Below, one piece after another: positions 18,841-27,391 of a stretch of DNA of 64,000 nucleotides. Source of the DNA: a virus. The notes beneath the pieces are model-generated. The model did not search any database. It saw nothing but the letters and a program-made list of their open reading frames with translations, and was not told the DNA's origin. The position numbers and the translations under genes are program-made. How positions within the stretch are numbered: position 1 is the first letter of the stretch; each line of letters opens with the position of its first letter. Location: IMG/VR virus record IMGVR_UViG_3300027749_000046; one strand, written 5' to 3'.

Positions 18841-19056
18841 TTATTTATGATCAGAAGTCCATCTCTCTAGCTCTCTTTCATACCAGTCGATTGTCTTCCT
18901 GAGTTGGAGCTTCTCGTACTTCATCTCTTTTATCTTATCGTAAGACGTATTAGACTGAGAGTCAATAATTTTCTGGTCCAAATCCCGATGGGACTGGACC
19001 AGATGCTCCAAGTGTCTCTGCATGGCCCTTATCTTTGGGCTGGTTGTATCTTTCAT
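18841..19056 (-). CDS. DUF465/YdcH-like coiled-coil protein
   Basis: L-HRDLD-I, MK-EKLQLR-I pattern. Confidence 0.65.
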   Translation of the reverse strand: MKDTTSPKIRAMQRHLEHLVQSHRDLDQKIIDSQSNTSYDKIKEMKYEKLQLRKTIDWYERELERWTSDHK

Positions 19057-19739
19057 CCAAATAACTCCCTTACTCTGCCTGTATATAGGGACTTCTGCTT
19101 CTTAAACACCAGTGGTTCTGGGGCGTCGTCTACCATAATTATGATGACGATCTGCGGTACCTGAATTCCATGTCTCTCTTCTGCCATGAGCGCATAGCAC
19201 GTGGCCTGAAGAAAGTAGCTCTCGATCATGCTCTCTGTCTTATTGCCGCGAGAGGTCTTGAAGTCGATGATAGATGTCACACCGTCGTAGTCGGCAATAA
19301 CGTCCGTCGCACCAGCCGTCTTTAACTCGTCAGAGTAGAGGAAGTGCTCGATCCCGTAGATGGTATCAACGTGCTCGTCTAGAACTCTCTTAGCCATCAT
19401 AAAAGTCTCGACGTTGGCCGGCATGGCACCCTTCGTCCAGAACTGCTCGTTGAGGAGATATCTCTCCGCTATATCGTGAACTGCGGTACCACGACGAGCA
19501 GCGAGGTTAGAGACCTTAGCAGCCTCCACCTCGCCCACTCTCTTCTTCCAGTCCTCAAGACCCTTCTTGCTCAGCTTCTCGCCGAGAATGGTGGTCACAG
19601 ACTTGTACGCTTGGCCTTCGGCGGTGACGTAGTGTCTCTTTTCATCTATCTCAACACGCTCGAGCTCGATGCGCTCGAGCAGACTATGCGTGAAGATCTT
19701 CCCTTCGTTCCTTTTGACGGGTGTATCTGTCTTTAGCAA
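19053..19739 (-). CDS. PD-(D/E)XK exonuclease
   Basis: SVTTIL, RGTAVH, AG-TD, IIDFKTS, YFLQ-YA motifs. Confidence 0.88.
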   Translation of the reverse strand: MLKTDTPVKRNEGKIFTHSLLERIELERVEIDEKRHYVTAEGQAYKSVTTILGEKLSKKGLEDWKKRVGEVEAAKVSNLAARRGTAVHDIAERYLLNEQFWTKGAMPANVETFMMAKRVLDEHVDTIYGIEHFLYSDELKTAGATDVIADYDGVTSIIDFKTSRGNKTESMIESYFLQATCYALMAEERHGIQVPQIVIIIMVDDAPEPLVFKKQKSLYTGRVRELFG

Positions 19740-20463
19740 TGATATATTCCTTCACCATTCTTGATCTAACAATATCTTGAATCTCAAATTCAATAAACTC
19801 AAAGGCCTTCATGGTCTTTATGATGTTTATAAAATCCCTCAGTCCTGACTTCTCTTGTTCACGAGTAAAGTCAGTCTGCCTAAAGTCACCTGAGAATATA
19901 ATCCTGCAGTTGTCGCCGACTCGAGTTATAATCGAGTCGATCTCATGGTACGTCATATTCTGAACTTCGTCAACTATTATTACGCAGTTGGATAGAGTTA
20001 TACCTCTTATGTACGAGGTAGAGATGAACTCTATGTAGTCCTTTGTCTTTAGCACCTCATACGCATCGCCACGACCAAACAACTCTGTGGCTATGGCCAT
20101 ATAAGGCGCCTCGTATACCTTTGACTTCTCTTTTGTGTTTCCAGGTAAGAAACCCATGTCTCTAGTAGGAACCGCGCTCCTTACTATGAATATCTTGTTG
20201 TACTTGTCGCTACCCGATGTCAGCTCTCTTATTGAGAGATAAAGTGATAAAAACGTCTTACCAGTTCCGGCAATTCCATGGAGAAGTAAGTTCTTTCCAT
20301 TTTCAAATGCCTCAAATGTTTTTCTTTGGTTCTCAGTTAGAGGATCTATATTCTTTAGCTTAAAATTAGATCTAAATCCCGTGTCTTGATTACCAAGCAC
20401 TCCTTCCTGTCTTAAGATTCTTCTTTGTTTTTTTGTTAATCTCTGAGTGACAGTTTCTGACAT
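19684..20463 (-). CDS. phoH: PhoH-like ATPase
   Basis: GIAGTGKT, GFLPG, RGITL, IVDEVQN, GDFRQTD, DIVRS motifs. Confidence 0.95.
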   Translation of the reverse strand: MSETVTQRLTKKQRRILRQEGVLGNQDTGFRSNFKLKNIDPLTENQRKTFEAFENGKNLLLHGIAGTGKTFLSLYLSIRELTSGSDKYNKIFIVRSAVPTRDMGFLPGNTKEKSKVYEAPYMAIATELFGRGDAYEVLKTKDYIEFISTSYIRGITLSNCVIIVDEVQNMTYHEIDSIITRVGDNCRIIFSGDFRQTDFTREQEKSGLRDFINIIKTMKAFEFIEFEIQDIVRSRMVKEYIIAKDRYTRQKERREDLHA

Positions 20464-20490
20464 TTACGCTCTTTCTTATTAGAGCGCTCC

Positions 20491-20733
20491 CTAGAATGTG
20501 TTTACAGTAGACCTAGATATGCCTCTTGAGTTCTTCTTCTTAATATCCCTCAAGAGATCTCTAAATCCGTTATCTGGTTTTTGATTACCTCGTCCTGATA
20601 CAATCATAGGAGCGCCGTTTACGAGTTGGGTTATGCTGGGGTTATCCTTTAGATATTCATCCAGCTGCGACATAGACATAAACATAGTGTACTCTTCACC
20701 ACTATCATTATTTAGAAATCCATAAGTTGGCAT
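20491..20733 (-). CDS. FmdB-like conserved phage protein
   Basis: MPTY-F, KPDNGF-D-L-IK motifs. Confidence 0.65.
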   Translation of the reverse strand: MPTYGFLNNDSGEEYTMFMSMSQLDEYLKDNPSITQLVNGAPMIVSGRGNQKPDNGFRDLLRDIKKKNSRGISRSTVNTF

Positions 20734-20918
20734 TAGTATCCATAATCCTCATCATAATCAACAAGCCGGTCAACATTCTTCGTCTTGATTGCCTGTTGAA
20801 GGCGCTTCATTCTATTCTTACTCTTCTCACTTTTTAGCTTAGATATAGTCGTCTCTTCGCCGTCGTAGTACTTACGTTCTTCATAACGAAAATTAAAATT
20901 ACGCTTTGTCTTGCTCAT
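20733..20918 (-). CDS. Hypothetical protein
   Basis: Coupled ORF in the operon. Confidence 0.6.
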   Translation of the reverse strand: MSKTKRNFNFRYEERKYYDGEETTISKLKSEKSKNRMKRLQQAIKTKNVDRLVDYDEDYGY

Positions 20919-21327
20919 TGATAAGCCCTGGAAATGCTTCTTTTACGATTGCCTCAGTTAATCCCTTATATGGGAGCTTCTTGTCCTTTATAGCCGCGAG
21001 TAGCTCTGCGTCTGCTGGTGCCAGCGACTCTAGTAGCTCAATGAACAGGGTCTCTCTCCTGAGCTGCTTTAGATTTGGATTACCGCCTTCTACAAAGAGA
21101 TATAACTTTCTGATCTCAGAGTACAGAACGCTCTCTAGGTCTTCAAGATCATTCTTCTTGTATGGCACCTCGCCAGGAGGCAGAAGCCACTTGATATCCT
21201 TGCTATAGGCGCCCTGCAGGATAGTTCTAATGGCGTAGTTATCGTTCTGCCTTAGAGCTGCAATCTTTTCATCTTTGGTCTTTAGACTTGCGATCTTTCC
21301 TAAGATCTCAGCAATTCCTAGTTTCAT
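20899..21327 (-). CDS. Conserved T4-like hypothetical protein
   Basis: WLLP-G-VPY, LY-E-RKLY-F, RRETLFI-LLE, AFP motifs. Confidence 0.8.
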   Translation of the reverse strand: MKLGIAEILGKIASLKTKDEKIAALRQNDNYAIRTILQGAYSKDIKWLLPPGEVPYKKNDLEDLESVLYSEIRKLYLFVEGGNPNLKQLRRETLFIELLESLAPADAELLAAIKDKKLPYKGLTEAIVKEAFPGLINEQDKA

Positions 21328-22190
21328 TAAAATTCCCCAATATGCTCGACGAGCATCTTCAATTTGTTTACGATAAAGTAGTTAAGAAGCTTGCTTCTAT
21401 CTCTACTGTCCTGAACTATATATGATTCTTTGATTTTCTCGGATATATCAGCAGGTATGCACGTTAGGTCGATAAGCTGCTGGTTTCTGGCGTAGTTGCG
21501 TGCGAGAGCGTGATTTAGATCCATGGCTATATTCTGCTCTATAAAAGCATCGATCTTCTTCTGAGTGAGAGGCTTCTGACGCTCACCTACCACAAAGCAG
21601 TTATCAGAAGATAGAACATTAGGGATACCATCGCCTGAGTCACCCTTGAGAACGTGCTCTTGAAGATAGCGTATAGGATCTGCGTGAGTTATAAACTTCT
21701 TTCTCACGGGGTCGTACTGTCTCACGTGGAGGTACTTGTGCAGCTGGATGAAGTCCTTATCACCAGATAAGATCAGTACCTTTGCGTCTTCACCGATGGA
21801 CGCCGCGGCTGTCATCTTAACGAGCGTGGCGATGATATCGTCTGCCTCTGCCGACTCGATGTCGATCACGCGATACGGAAAGAACTCCTTGAGCTCTGCG
21901 CGAAGCTTGTTCATGCACTCAAAGATAGATACCCAGTCGAGCTCAGACTTCTCTATGTTCTTCTTGCGATTTGCCTTGTAGTAGGGAAAGATCTTCTTGC
22001 GCCAGTAGTTCTTATTATCGCAGGCGATGATCATCTCGCCGTACTCACTGCAGAATCTATTACGATAAGATCTAATTGAGTTGAGAACCATATGCCTGAT
22101 CATGTTCTCTTCGATCTTGGCGTTGGTATGATTGCCTATCTGCATCATTAAGTTAGAAAGCATCACCTGTGATAGGTCTAGTATAATCAC
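21327..22190 (-). CDS. rnh: T4-type RNase H (5'-3' exonuclease)
   Basis: YWR-FPYYKANR, EADDII, ILSGDKDF-QL, GDSGDGIPN motifs. Confidence 0.95.
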   Translation of the reverse strand: MIILDLSQVMLSNLMMQIGNHTNAKIEENMIRHMVLNSIRSYRNRFCSEYGEMIIACDNKNYWRKKIFPYYKANRKKNIEKSELDWVSIFECMNKLRAELKEFFPYRVIDIESAEADDIIATLVKMTAAASIGEDAKVLILSGDKDFIQLHKYLHVRQYDPVRKKFITHADPIRYLQEHVLKGDSGDGIPNVLSSDNCFVVGERQKPLTQKKIDAFIEQNIAMDLNHALARNYARNQQLIDLTCIPADISEKIKESYIVQDSRDRSKLLNYFIVNKLKMLVEHIGEF

Positions 22191-22579
22191 TCTTTTAATT
22201 CCTTCTCTATGTCATCATAGAATCGCGTGTCTAGCTCTATATTCAGCTTATTGACTATCCTGAGACTGCCGTCCTCTTCAGGGATAAAGATCTCTTGCGC
22301 TATCTGCTGAAATGGATGGTCCATCTCATAGTTATACATCAACATGGATCTTATAGACTCGACTATGAAAGCCCCATACTTGAGCTCAAGACCGTCTTCC
22401 TGAAAATCAAAACCAGCTATATTCAACTGCTCAAAGAGCATAGGAACTACGACGGATATTGTCTCTCCTATATGAACGTGTCTTATCATGTCCATATTTG
22501 AATTTATCTCCTCAAGGGATGTTGGTCCCTTGATATTCTGATTGATCTTTGGAAAAGATATTATGTTATTGCTATCCAT
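22187..22579 (-). CDS. Hypothetical protein
   Basis: NII-FP start, HPFQ motif. Confidence 0.7.
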   Translation of the reverse strand: MDSNNIISFPKINQNIKGPTSLEEINSNMDMIRHVHIGETISVVVPMLFEQLNIAGFDFQEDGLELKYGAFIVESIRSMLMYNYEMDHPFQQIAQEIFIPEEDGSLRIVNKLNIELDTRFYDDIEKELKE

Positions 22580-22594
22580 GTTGACCTTTATTTA

Positions 22595-22632
22595 ATATAT
22601 CACACGGGTGAATTTCTGTCAACTCACCCGTG
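22595..22632 (-). promoter_or_regulatory. Sigma70 promoter embedded in a 9-bp inverted repeat
   Basis: Minus strand CACGGGTGA-G-TTGACA-GAAAT-TCACCCGTG-TGA-TATATT. Confidence 0.6.
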
Positions 22633-22637
22633 TTAAA

Positions 22638-23612
22638 TTAGATTATTTTATATGAGAACATCTGCTTTGGTAGTTCTCTCGGAGAGTCCACATGACTCTT
22701 TAAGAACGCCTCCCACTGAGCGATCCTGCTATCCCAGCTATAGAAAACATCCATATAGGCCTTCTGATTCTTGAGTCTAGAATTCATAGTATCAGTACCA
22801 ATATCGCCGATGATTGAGTCTAATACCGTGTAGAACATCTGCGCGTGAGAGTTCTTATCCTCATTCCACTGGTACATGAAAGTCCAGTTGCTCGCCGTCT
22901 CAGGTAGCGCGCCGAAGTTTGGATGCGCGCACGCCAGTCCAGCGCTCATTGCCTCCATTAGACACAGGCAGGAGGTCTCTTGCCAAATTGATGGATACGC
23001 AAAGATATGAGCCTGCTCAAGCGCAGATCTTACGACCTCATTAGACTGTGTGCCGTGGTAGTTGATCTTTGGATGAGCCTCGAGCGATTCAAAGAGCTGC
23101 GTATATGGATTATCTCTCTCTTCCCAGCCGTATAGCTTAAAGGACGAGAAGACATCTAACTCGATGTTGTCGTGCTTCTCACAGAGCTTGTTGAACACGG
23201 CGTATAAGATATCTAAACCGCGATGAGGCGTTGGTGTGTAGATCAGCTTGATCTTATCTTTTGGCTTCTCGACGAGATTAAGTGGGTTTATGGCATTGTG
23301 TATTACCATGCACTTAGACCACGGGATATTGTACATCTCGATAAAACCACGCATCTGCCAGTGAGACGAGAATATCAGCTTAGCGAAGTTTCTCCAACCG
23401 CCGTCTTTGAGATGCTCACTTGCTGGATCACCAGCTAGATCTTGAAGCCATAAGATTCTAACGTGTTTATCTGATAGATCCTCGTGCACGCGAGACACAA
23501 AGATCTGGAAGTTATCAAGCAACTCAGGATCAATTCTTTCTATCAACCCGTTCTTCATGATCTCAGTTCCGCCCATGGCATTACCTGCGATCTTATCAAC
23601 TGCAAAAGGCAT
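22638..23612 (-). CDS. GT-B (GT4-like) glycosyltransferase
   Basis: GGTE, IYT-TP-RGL, YPS-WQETSC-LMEAMSAG motifs. Confidence 0.88.
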   Translation of the reverse strand: MPFAVDKIAGNAMGGTEIMKNGLIERIDPELLDNFQIFVSRVHEDLSDKHVRILWLQDLAGDPASEHLKDGGWRNFAKLIFSSHWQMRGFIEMYNIPWSKCMVIHNAINPLNLVEKPKDKIKLIYTPTPHRGLDILYAVFNKLCEKHDNIELDVFSSFKLYGWEERDNPYTQLFESLEAHPKINYHGTQSNEVVRSALEQAHIFAYPSIWQETSCLCLMEAMSAGLACAHPNFGALPETASNWTFMYQWNEDKNSHAQMFYTVLDSIIGDIGTDTMNSRLKNQKAYMDVFYSWDSRIAQWEAFLKSHVDSPRELPKQMFSYKII

Positions 23613-23623
23613 ATTATACTCCG

Positions 23624-24640
23624 TTATTTAATCCAATCACGGTTCTCATCGAACCAACGCGCGAGCTGTGGAATTGCATCTGCCGCTTTGTACTCTTGCT
23701 CCCAGCCTATCGCTCTTAGGTACTCGCCGGATATGCTGTACTTAAAATCATGACCGGGACGATCTTTGCTTGGGTCTATGAGCTCGTAGTTGAGCTCTGT
23801 TCCAACGCCAGAAGCCAGTATCGATGCTACCTCAAGATTATTTAGCTCTTCTGTAGAAGCAATATTAATCTTAACGCATCTTCCAGACGTAGTATTCTCT
23901 GGTATGACAAGCGTGGGCTGCTTCAGGATGAATAGAAGTGCGCTGGCCACGTCCTTTGCATGAAGATAGCAGCGGCCGCCGATCTTTCCTGTCTTGCTGT
24001 CGTAGTGAATAGTCAGCTTATCGTCGTTGATGATCTTCTTCATGCATAGCGGTATAAACTTCTCTGTGCTCTGTCTCTCACCGTATACGTTCATGGTGTG
24101 AGTGATATAGATAGGAAGATTATACGTATTCTCATAGGCCACCGCCATGGCCTCACCGGCTGCCTTAGAAGCAGAGTATGGATTTGTAGGGTTGAACCTG
24201 TCGTACTCTTTGAAAGTAGTATCAGGAACTGCGGGACCGAATACCTCATCTGTAGAGAAGTAGACTAAGCGCTCTAGATTATTTAGCGTCCTTGCAAATT
24301 CAAGGATGTTCACCGTTCCGTTGACATTATTCTCAACGAACTCCATTGGATACTTGATAGAGCGGGTAACGTGAGAAGAAGCACCGAGATGCAAGACGAT
24401 ATTAATATCGCCAATGAGATCTGCCGTGTGCTCGTTGACTGAAGCTCTAAGGTCGTGATAGACGATCTTTACTCGCTTTGCATCGCGACGATTCTTTAAG
24501 ATGTCATGCAGGCGGTTTAGACTTCCAGAGAAGTCGAGCCTGTCTAAGCTGACTATCTCGAAGTCTGTATTGTCGAGAAGATACTCAATGAGATGGTGCC
24601 CGATAAATCCGGCACCGCCAGTAACCAATACTCTCTTCAT
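23624..24640 (-). CDS. NDP-sugar 4,6-dehydratase (RmlB-like)
   Basis: VTGGAGFIG, SHV-RSI, STDEVFG, PYSASKA, DRPGHD motifs. Confidence 0.9.
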   Translation of the reverse strand: MKRVLVTGGAGFIGHHLIEYLLDNTDFEIVSLDRLDFSGSLNRLHDILKNRRDAKRVKIVYHDLRASVNEHTADLIGDINIVLHLGASSHVTRSIKYPMEFVENNVNGTVNILEFARTLNNLERLVYFSTDEVFGPAVPDTTFKEYDRFNPTNPYSASKAAGEAMAVAYENTYNLPIYITHTMNVYGERQSTEKFIPLCMKKIINDDKLTIHYDSKTGKIGGRCYLHAKDVASALLFILKQPTLVIPENTTSGRCVKINIASTEELNNLEVASILASGVGTELNYELIDPSKDRPGHDFKYSISGEYLRAIGWEQEYKAADAIPQLARWFDENRDWIK

Positions 24641-24642
24641 GT

Positions 24643-25008
24643 TCAGGCCTGGCGCTGCAAGAATGCTGCTTTATGGCCTGTTATCTTGAAGTACTTAACA
24701 GCGCAGTCTAGAACAGTCTGTGGGTCAAATGTCTTGCAAGAAAATACGTCGAGATAGAACGTATTGTTCTCTTCTACAAAGTGCGCGCAGATATTTGAAG
24801 TCTCAATGAGCTGCACTAGGGTATAGCCGAGTTTATTTCCAGAACCAAAGTGGATTACCTGAGGTTCGCCATATGGCACCATGTCGATCTCTTTAACGAG
24901 CTCGCGTGCAAAGTTAGCGATGTTCTCGCCGTTTGAGATTGACTCTGGGTCTGCACCCGAGCAGTCGAGAATGAGGTGGTAACCCCAAGATGGTACTTCA
25001 TTTTCCAT
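24643..25008 (-). CDS. speD: Pyruvoyl-dependent S-adenosylmethionine decarboxylase-like protein
   Basis: WGYHLILD, GYTLVQLIETSNICAHF, YLDVFSCK motifs. Confidence 0.8.
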   Translation of the reverse strand: MENEVPSWGYHLILDCSGADPESISNGENIANFARELVKEIDMVPYGEPQVIHFGSGNKLGYTLVQLIETSNICAHFVEENNTFYLDVFSCKTFDPQTVLDCAVKYFKITGHKAAFLQRQA

Positions 25009-25027
25009 TATTTACTCCATTTATATT

Positions 25028-25213
25028 TTAAGGATTTGTGACAGCGTTTAGCGTGTCGTACTCGCTCGGTGAGAGCATAGCGGCGAAGTCTTTTCCATCG
25101 CGCGTAATAATAATTATCTTATTATCATTATCAACTAGAGAGAGATAGTAATCAAAATCTCTCTCTAGTTCAGTCATATTTATTCGAATCTTACGTGATT
25201 CGTCTTCGCTCAT
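25028..25213 (-). CDS. Phd/YefM antitoxin-like protein
   Basis: INMTELERDF and IIITRDGK-AAMLS-SEY pattern; start set at MSEDE (TGATG overlap with the upstream gene). Confidence 0.65.
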   Translation of the reverse strand: MSEDESRKIRINMTELERDFDYYLSLVDNDNKIIIITRDGKDFAAMLSPSEYDTLNAVTNP

Positions 25214-25500
25214 CAGTAGTTGTCTACAAACTGAACGTACTCGACGGTACTGATTCGAAAAGATCTCCAACCGCCTTTCTCCATGTCCCAAACAGCCATG
25301 ACGTCAGGGTTCTTTGCGTGGAACTCTTTCTCTTCATTGATGTTGTGATTAGGAGGAAGCATCTGTGGTGCGAGCGTTGCTCGCATCTTGCGGGGAGTTC
25401 CATCTACCTTGGTAAAGTGAATCTCAACCACACCGCGCTTTAGATCTTTAAGAAGCGTGGTACGGCCTTCGTCTGTTAGGCCTACAATCTCTTCGTTCAT
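25213..25500 (-). CDS. WYL-like / SH3 beta-barrel phage protein
   Basis: FTKVDGT-R-M-ATL and VWD-EK-GWRSFR motifs. Confidence 0.75.
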   Translation of the reverse strand: MNEEIVGLTDEGRTTLLKDLKRGVVEIHFTKVDGTPRKMRATLAPQMLPPNHNINEEKEFHAKNPDVMAVWDMEKGGWRSFRISTVEYVQFVDNY

Positions 25501-25766
25501 AGTATAACTCTCTCATTTAGAAGTTGCTGATTATTTTGTTGACTCGATACATGTTCCCTGAGTTCTTTATAGCCACCGATGTGATATCCATCGACAATAA
25601 TAACTGGAAATGTCTTTGCTGTTGGATACTTCTCAAGGAGGAATTCTTTGGTAAAGTTCACGTCGAGCTTATGCTCGAGAAACTCTATGTTCTTCTGGCG
25701 AAGAAATCCAACCGCCATCTCGCAGTAGCTGCAACCGCTCGTGCTGTACATCTCTATGCTGCTCAT
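25497..25766 (-). CDS. nrdC: Glutaredoxin
   Basis: CSYC, TFP, IGGY motifs. Confidence 0.9.
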   Translation of the reverse strand: MSSIEMYSTSGCSYCEMAVGFLRQKNIEFLEHKLDVNFTKEFLLEKYPTAKTFPVIIVDGYHIGGYKELREHVSSQQNNQQLLNERVIL

Positions 25767-25880
25767 TTTTGTTTACTAACCTCTCCCAATAAAGTGCAAT
25801 ATCTTTTTTATCTGCTGGATCATAACCAACTGCGATCATATCTCTACCAACTAAAATCTCAAGTTCGCTAAGTAGACTCA

Positions 25881-26093
25881 TTAATCATGTTCCTCTATCT
25901 TATATATCTTGTACGTAACGTAGTCAAGATATACATCGATTCTCTTTTTATCAACCATATCATACTGGATGCTGCAGTTATCAAAAATCAAGTTGACAAC
26001 ACATCCATCTGACTCAGCGATAGCCTGAAGCTTATCAGCATGATCATCGTAGAAATCGCCTATGAATCTATCGTATTTCATATCTCTTCTCAA
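25881..26093 (-). CDS. Hypothetical protein
   Basis: Short ORF downstream of the tRNA. Confidence 0.5.
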   Translation of the reverse strand: MRRDMKYDRFIGDFYDDHADKLQAIAESDGCVVNLIFDNCSIQYDMVDKKRIDVYLDYVTYKIYKIEEHD

Positions 26094-26097
26094 AATT

Positions 26098-26173
26098 TGG
26101 TGGACCCGGCAGGACTCGAACCTGCAACCAGACCGTTATGAGCGGCCGGCTCTAACCATTGAGCTACAGGTCC
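26098..26173 (-). tRNA. tRNA with CAU anticodon, Ile2-type (lysidine) sequence
   Basis: GGACCTG acceptor, GGTTAGAGC D arm, GCCG-CTCATAA-CGGT anticodon arm, encoded CCA; resembles bacterial Ile2 rather than Met. Confidence 0.85.
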
Positions 26174-26210
26174 ATAACACTAATATACACTAGTTTAGAA
26201 TATTTGTCAA

Positions 26211-26624
26211 CTATATTTTTACGTGAGCTTTGTGGACTTTAACTGATATCCAGCTGTTGTACCACTCGTCGCTCTCGAGAACTTTGTTCTCAAACTGGTA
26301 CTTTGCTTCCCAGTAGTTGCACTCGCCCTTTGTCTTACAGAGCCTGAGTATCTCTCGCTTGAAGTTGCTAGAGTGAACTCCTTCGACATTGAGATCTACC
26401 AAGAGATCTTTGCTAGACCCATAGTAGTCTTTCCAGTCGGAGTCGATCTTAACTCTCTTTCTCTTACCCTTGATCTTCTTTGATCGAGTAAACTTAAAGA
26501 GCTTCTTTCCGATGTATTTTTTATTACTGGTGAGATTAGTGATTAGATATACGAAGCCGACGTAGTCTTCAGACTCAAGATCAATAATCTCACCGTTGTA
26601 TAGCCAAGGATTTTCATAAGACAT
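26211..26624 (-). CDS. denA: GIY-YIG endonuclease (T4 EndoII-like)
   Basis: NPW-YNG, GFVYLITN-KYIGKK, SDWKDYYGS, FKREIL motifs; start set at MSYENPW. Confidence 0.85.
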   Translation of the reverse strand: MSYENPWLYNGEIIDLESEDYVGFVYLITNLTSNKKYIGKKLFKFTRSKKIKGKRKRVKIDSDWKDYYGSSKDLLVDLNVEGVHSSNFKREILRLCKTKGECNYWEAKYQFENKVLESDEWYNSWISVKVHKAHVKI

Positions 26625-26648
26625 AGTGGGACTCCCTCCCACTATTTA

Positions 26649-26918
26649 TTAGAACCTATCGCGATCCTGATTGTCCCAAACATCGTCCTCATCTTCGAGA
26701 TAAGGAATGACGTCGTCGTCTACCTCATCTAGAGACTCATTGTATGCGCTGTCGTAGACGCTGTCGATCTTCTTTGCGGACTTTGGTTCCACATCTATAT
26801 CGCTGTTATTGATAAGACTGATTAGCTCTTCATAGAGAGAGCGCCTCTCATTCTGATCCGTAACATTTAACTTTATAGTCTCTACTAGGTCTATAAGAAA
26901 TCTATCATTACGTCCCAT
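26649..26918 (-). CDS. Acidic hypothetical protein
   Basis: Coupled ORF. Confidence 0.6.
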   Translation of the reverse strand: MGRNDRFLIDLVETIKLNVTDQNERRSLYEELISLINNSDIDVEPKSAKKIDSVYDSAYNESLDEVDDDVIPYLEDEDDVWDNQDRDRF

Positions 26919-27391
26919 TATTTGGTCTCCACGTATTTCTTATATGCTGCGATCCAGTCCTTAGCGATCTCCTGCTGAGCGGTCTTCATGTCAACTTTTC
27001 CATCACAGATCAACTTATGTAGTCTATTCTCTAGGGCATCCTTGATGTGAGCATTGTATGGAGTTGTAGTATACGACTGAGGCCATAGATTCTTGATGTC
27101 ATTTGCGCCGCCTAGCTCGAGAGAGATAAGGTGGTCGATCTCGAACTTATCGGTCGACGGATCAATGTGGTACGCTGCGAATACTTGTTTTTTTAGTGAG
27201 TCAGGCACATTGCGTACTCCTGGCTGCGAGGTATAACCAGAAACGCAGATCATCTCCTTGGTTGCAGCCGGATTGACTACACCTGGAGTAAGCTTTGGGT
27301 CTGGCGACTGCGGAAGATCTGCAGCGAGAGCCATCGACCCAAGAGCCATGACAAAAGATAAGCTATAGAGAGAAATTCTTAAAAGTTTCAT
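26918..27391 (-). CDS. Signal-peptide-bearing HNH-fold protein
   Basis: N-terminal signal ending ALA-A; EIDHLISLELGGAN-NLWPQ, KD-LEN-LH-C motifs. Confidence 0.75.
   Translation of the reverse strand: MKLLRISLYSLSFVMALGSMALAADLPQSPDPKLTPGVVNPAATKEMICVSGYTSQPGVRNVPDSLKKQVFAAYHIDPSTDKFEIDHLISLELGGANDIKNLWPQSYTTTPYNAHIKDALENRLHKLICDGKVDMKTAQQEIAKDWIAAYKKYVETK

Noticed and set aside
19053-19739. Cas4-like nuclease as evidence of a CRISPR system
   Set aside because: Common stand-alone T4-like exonuclease; no array or other cas genes
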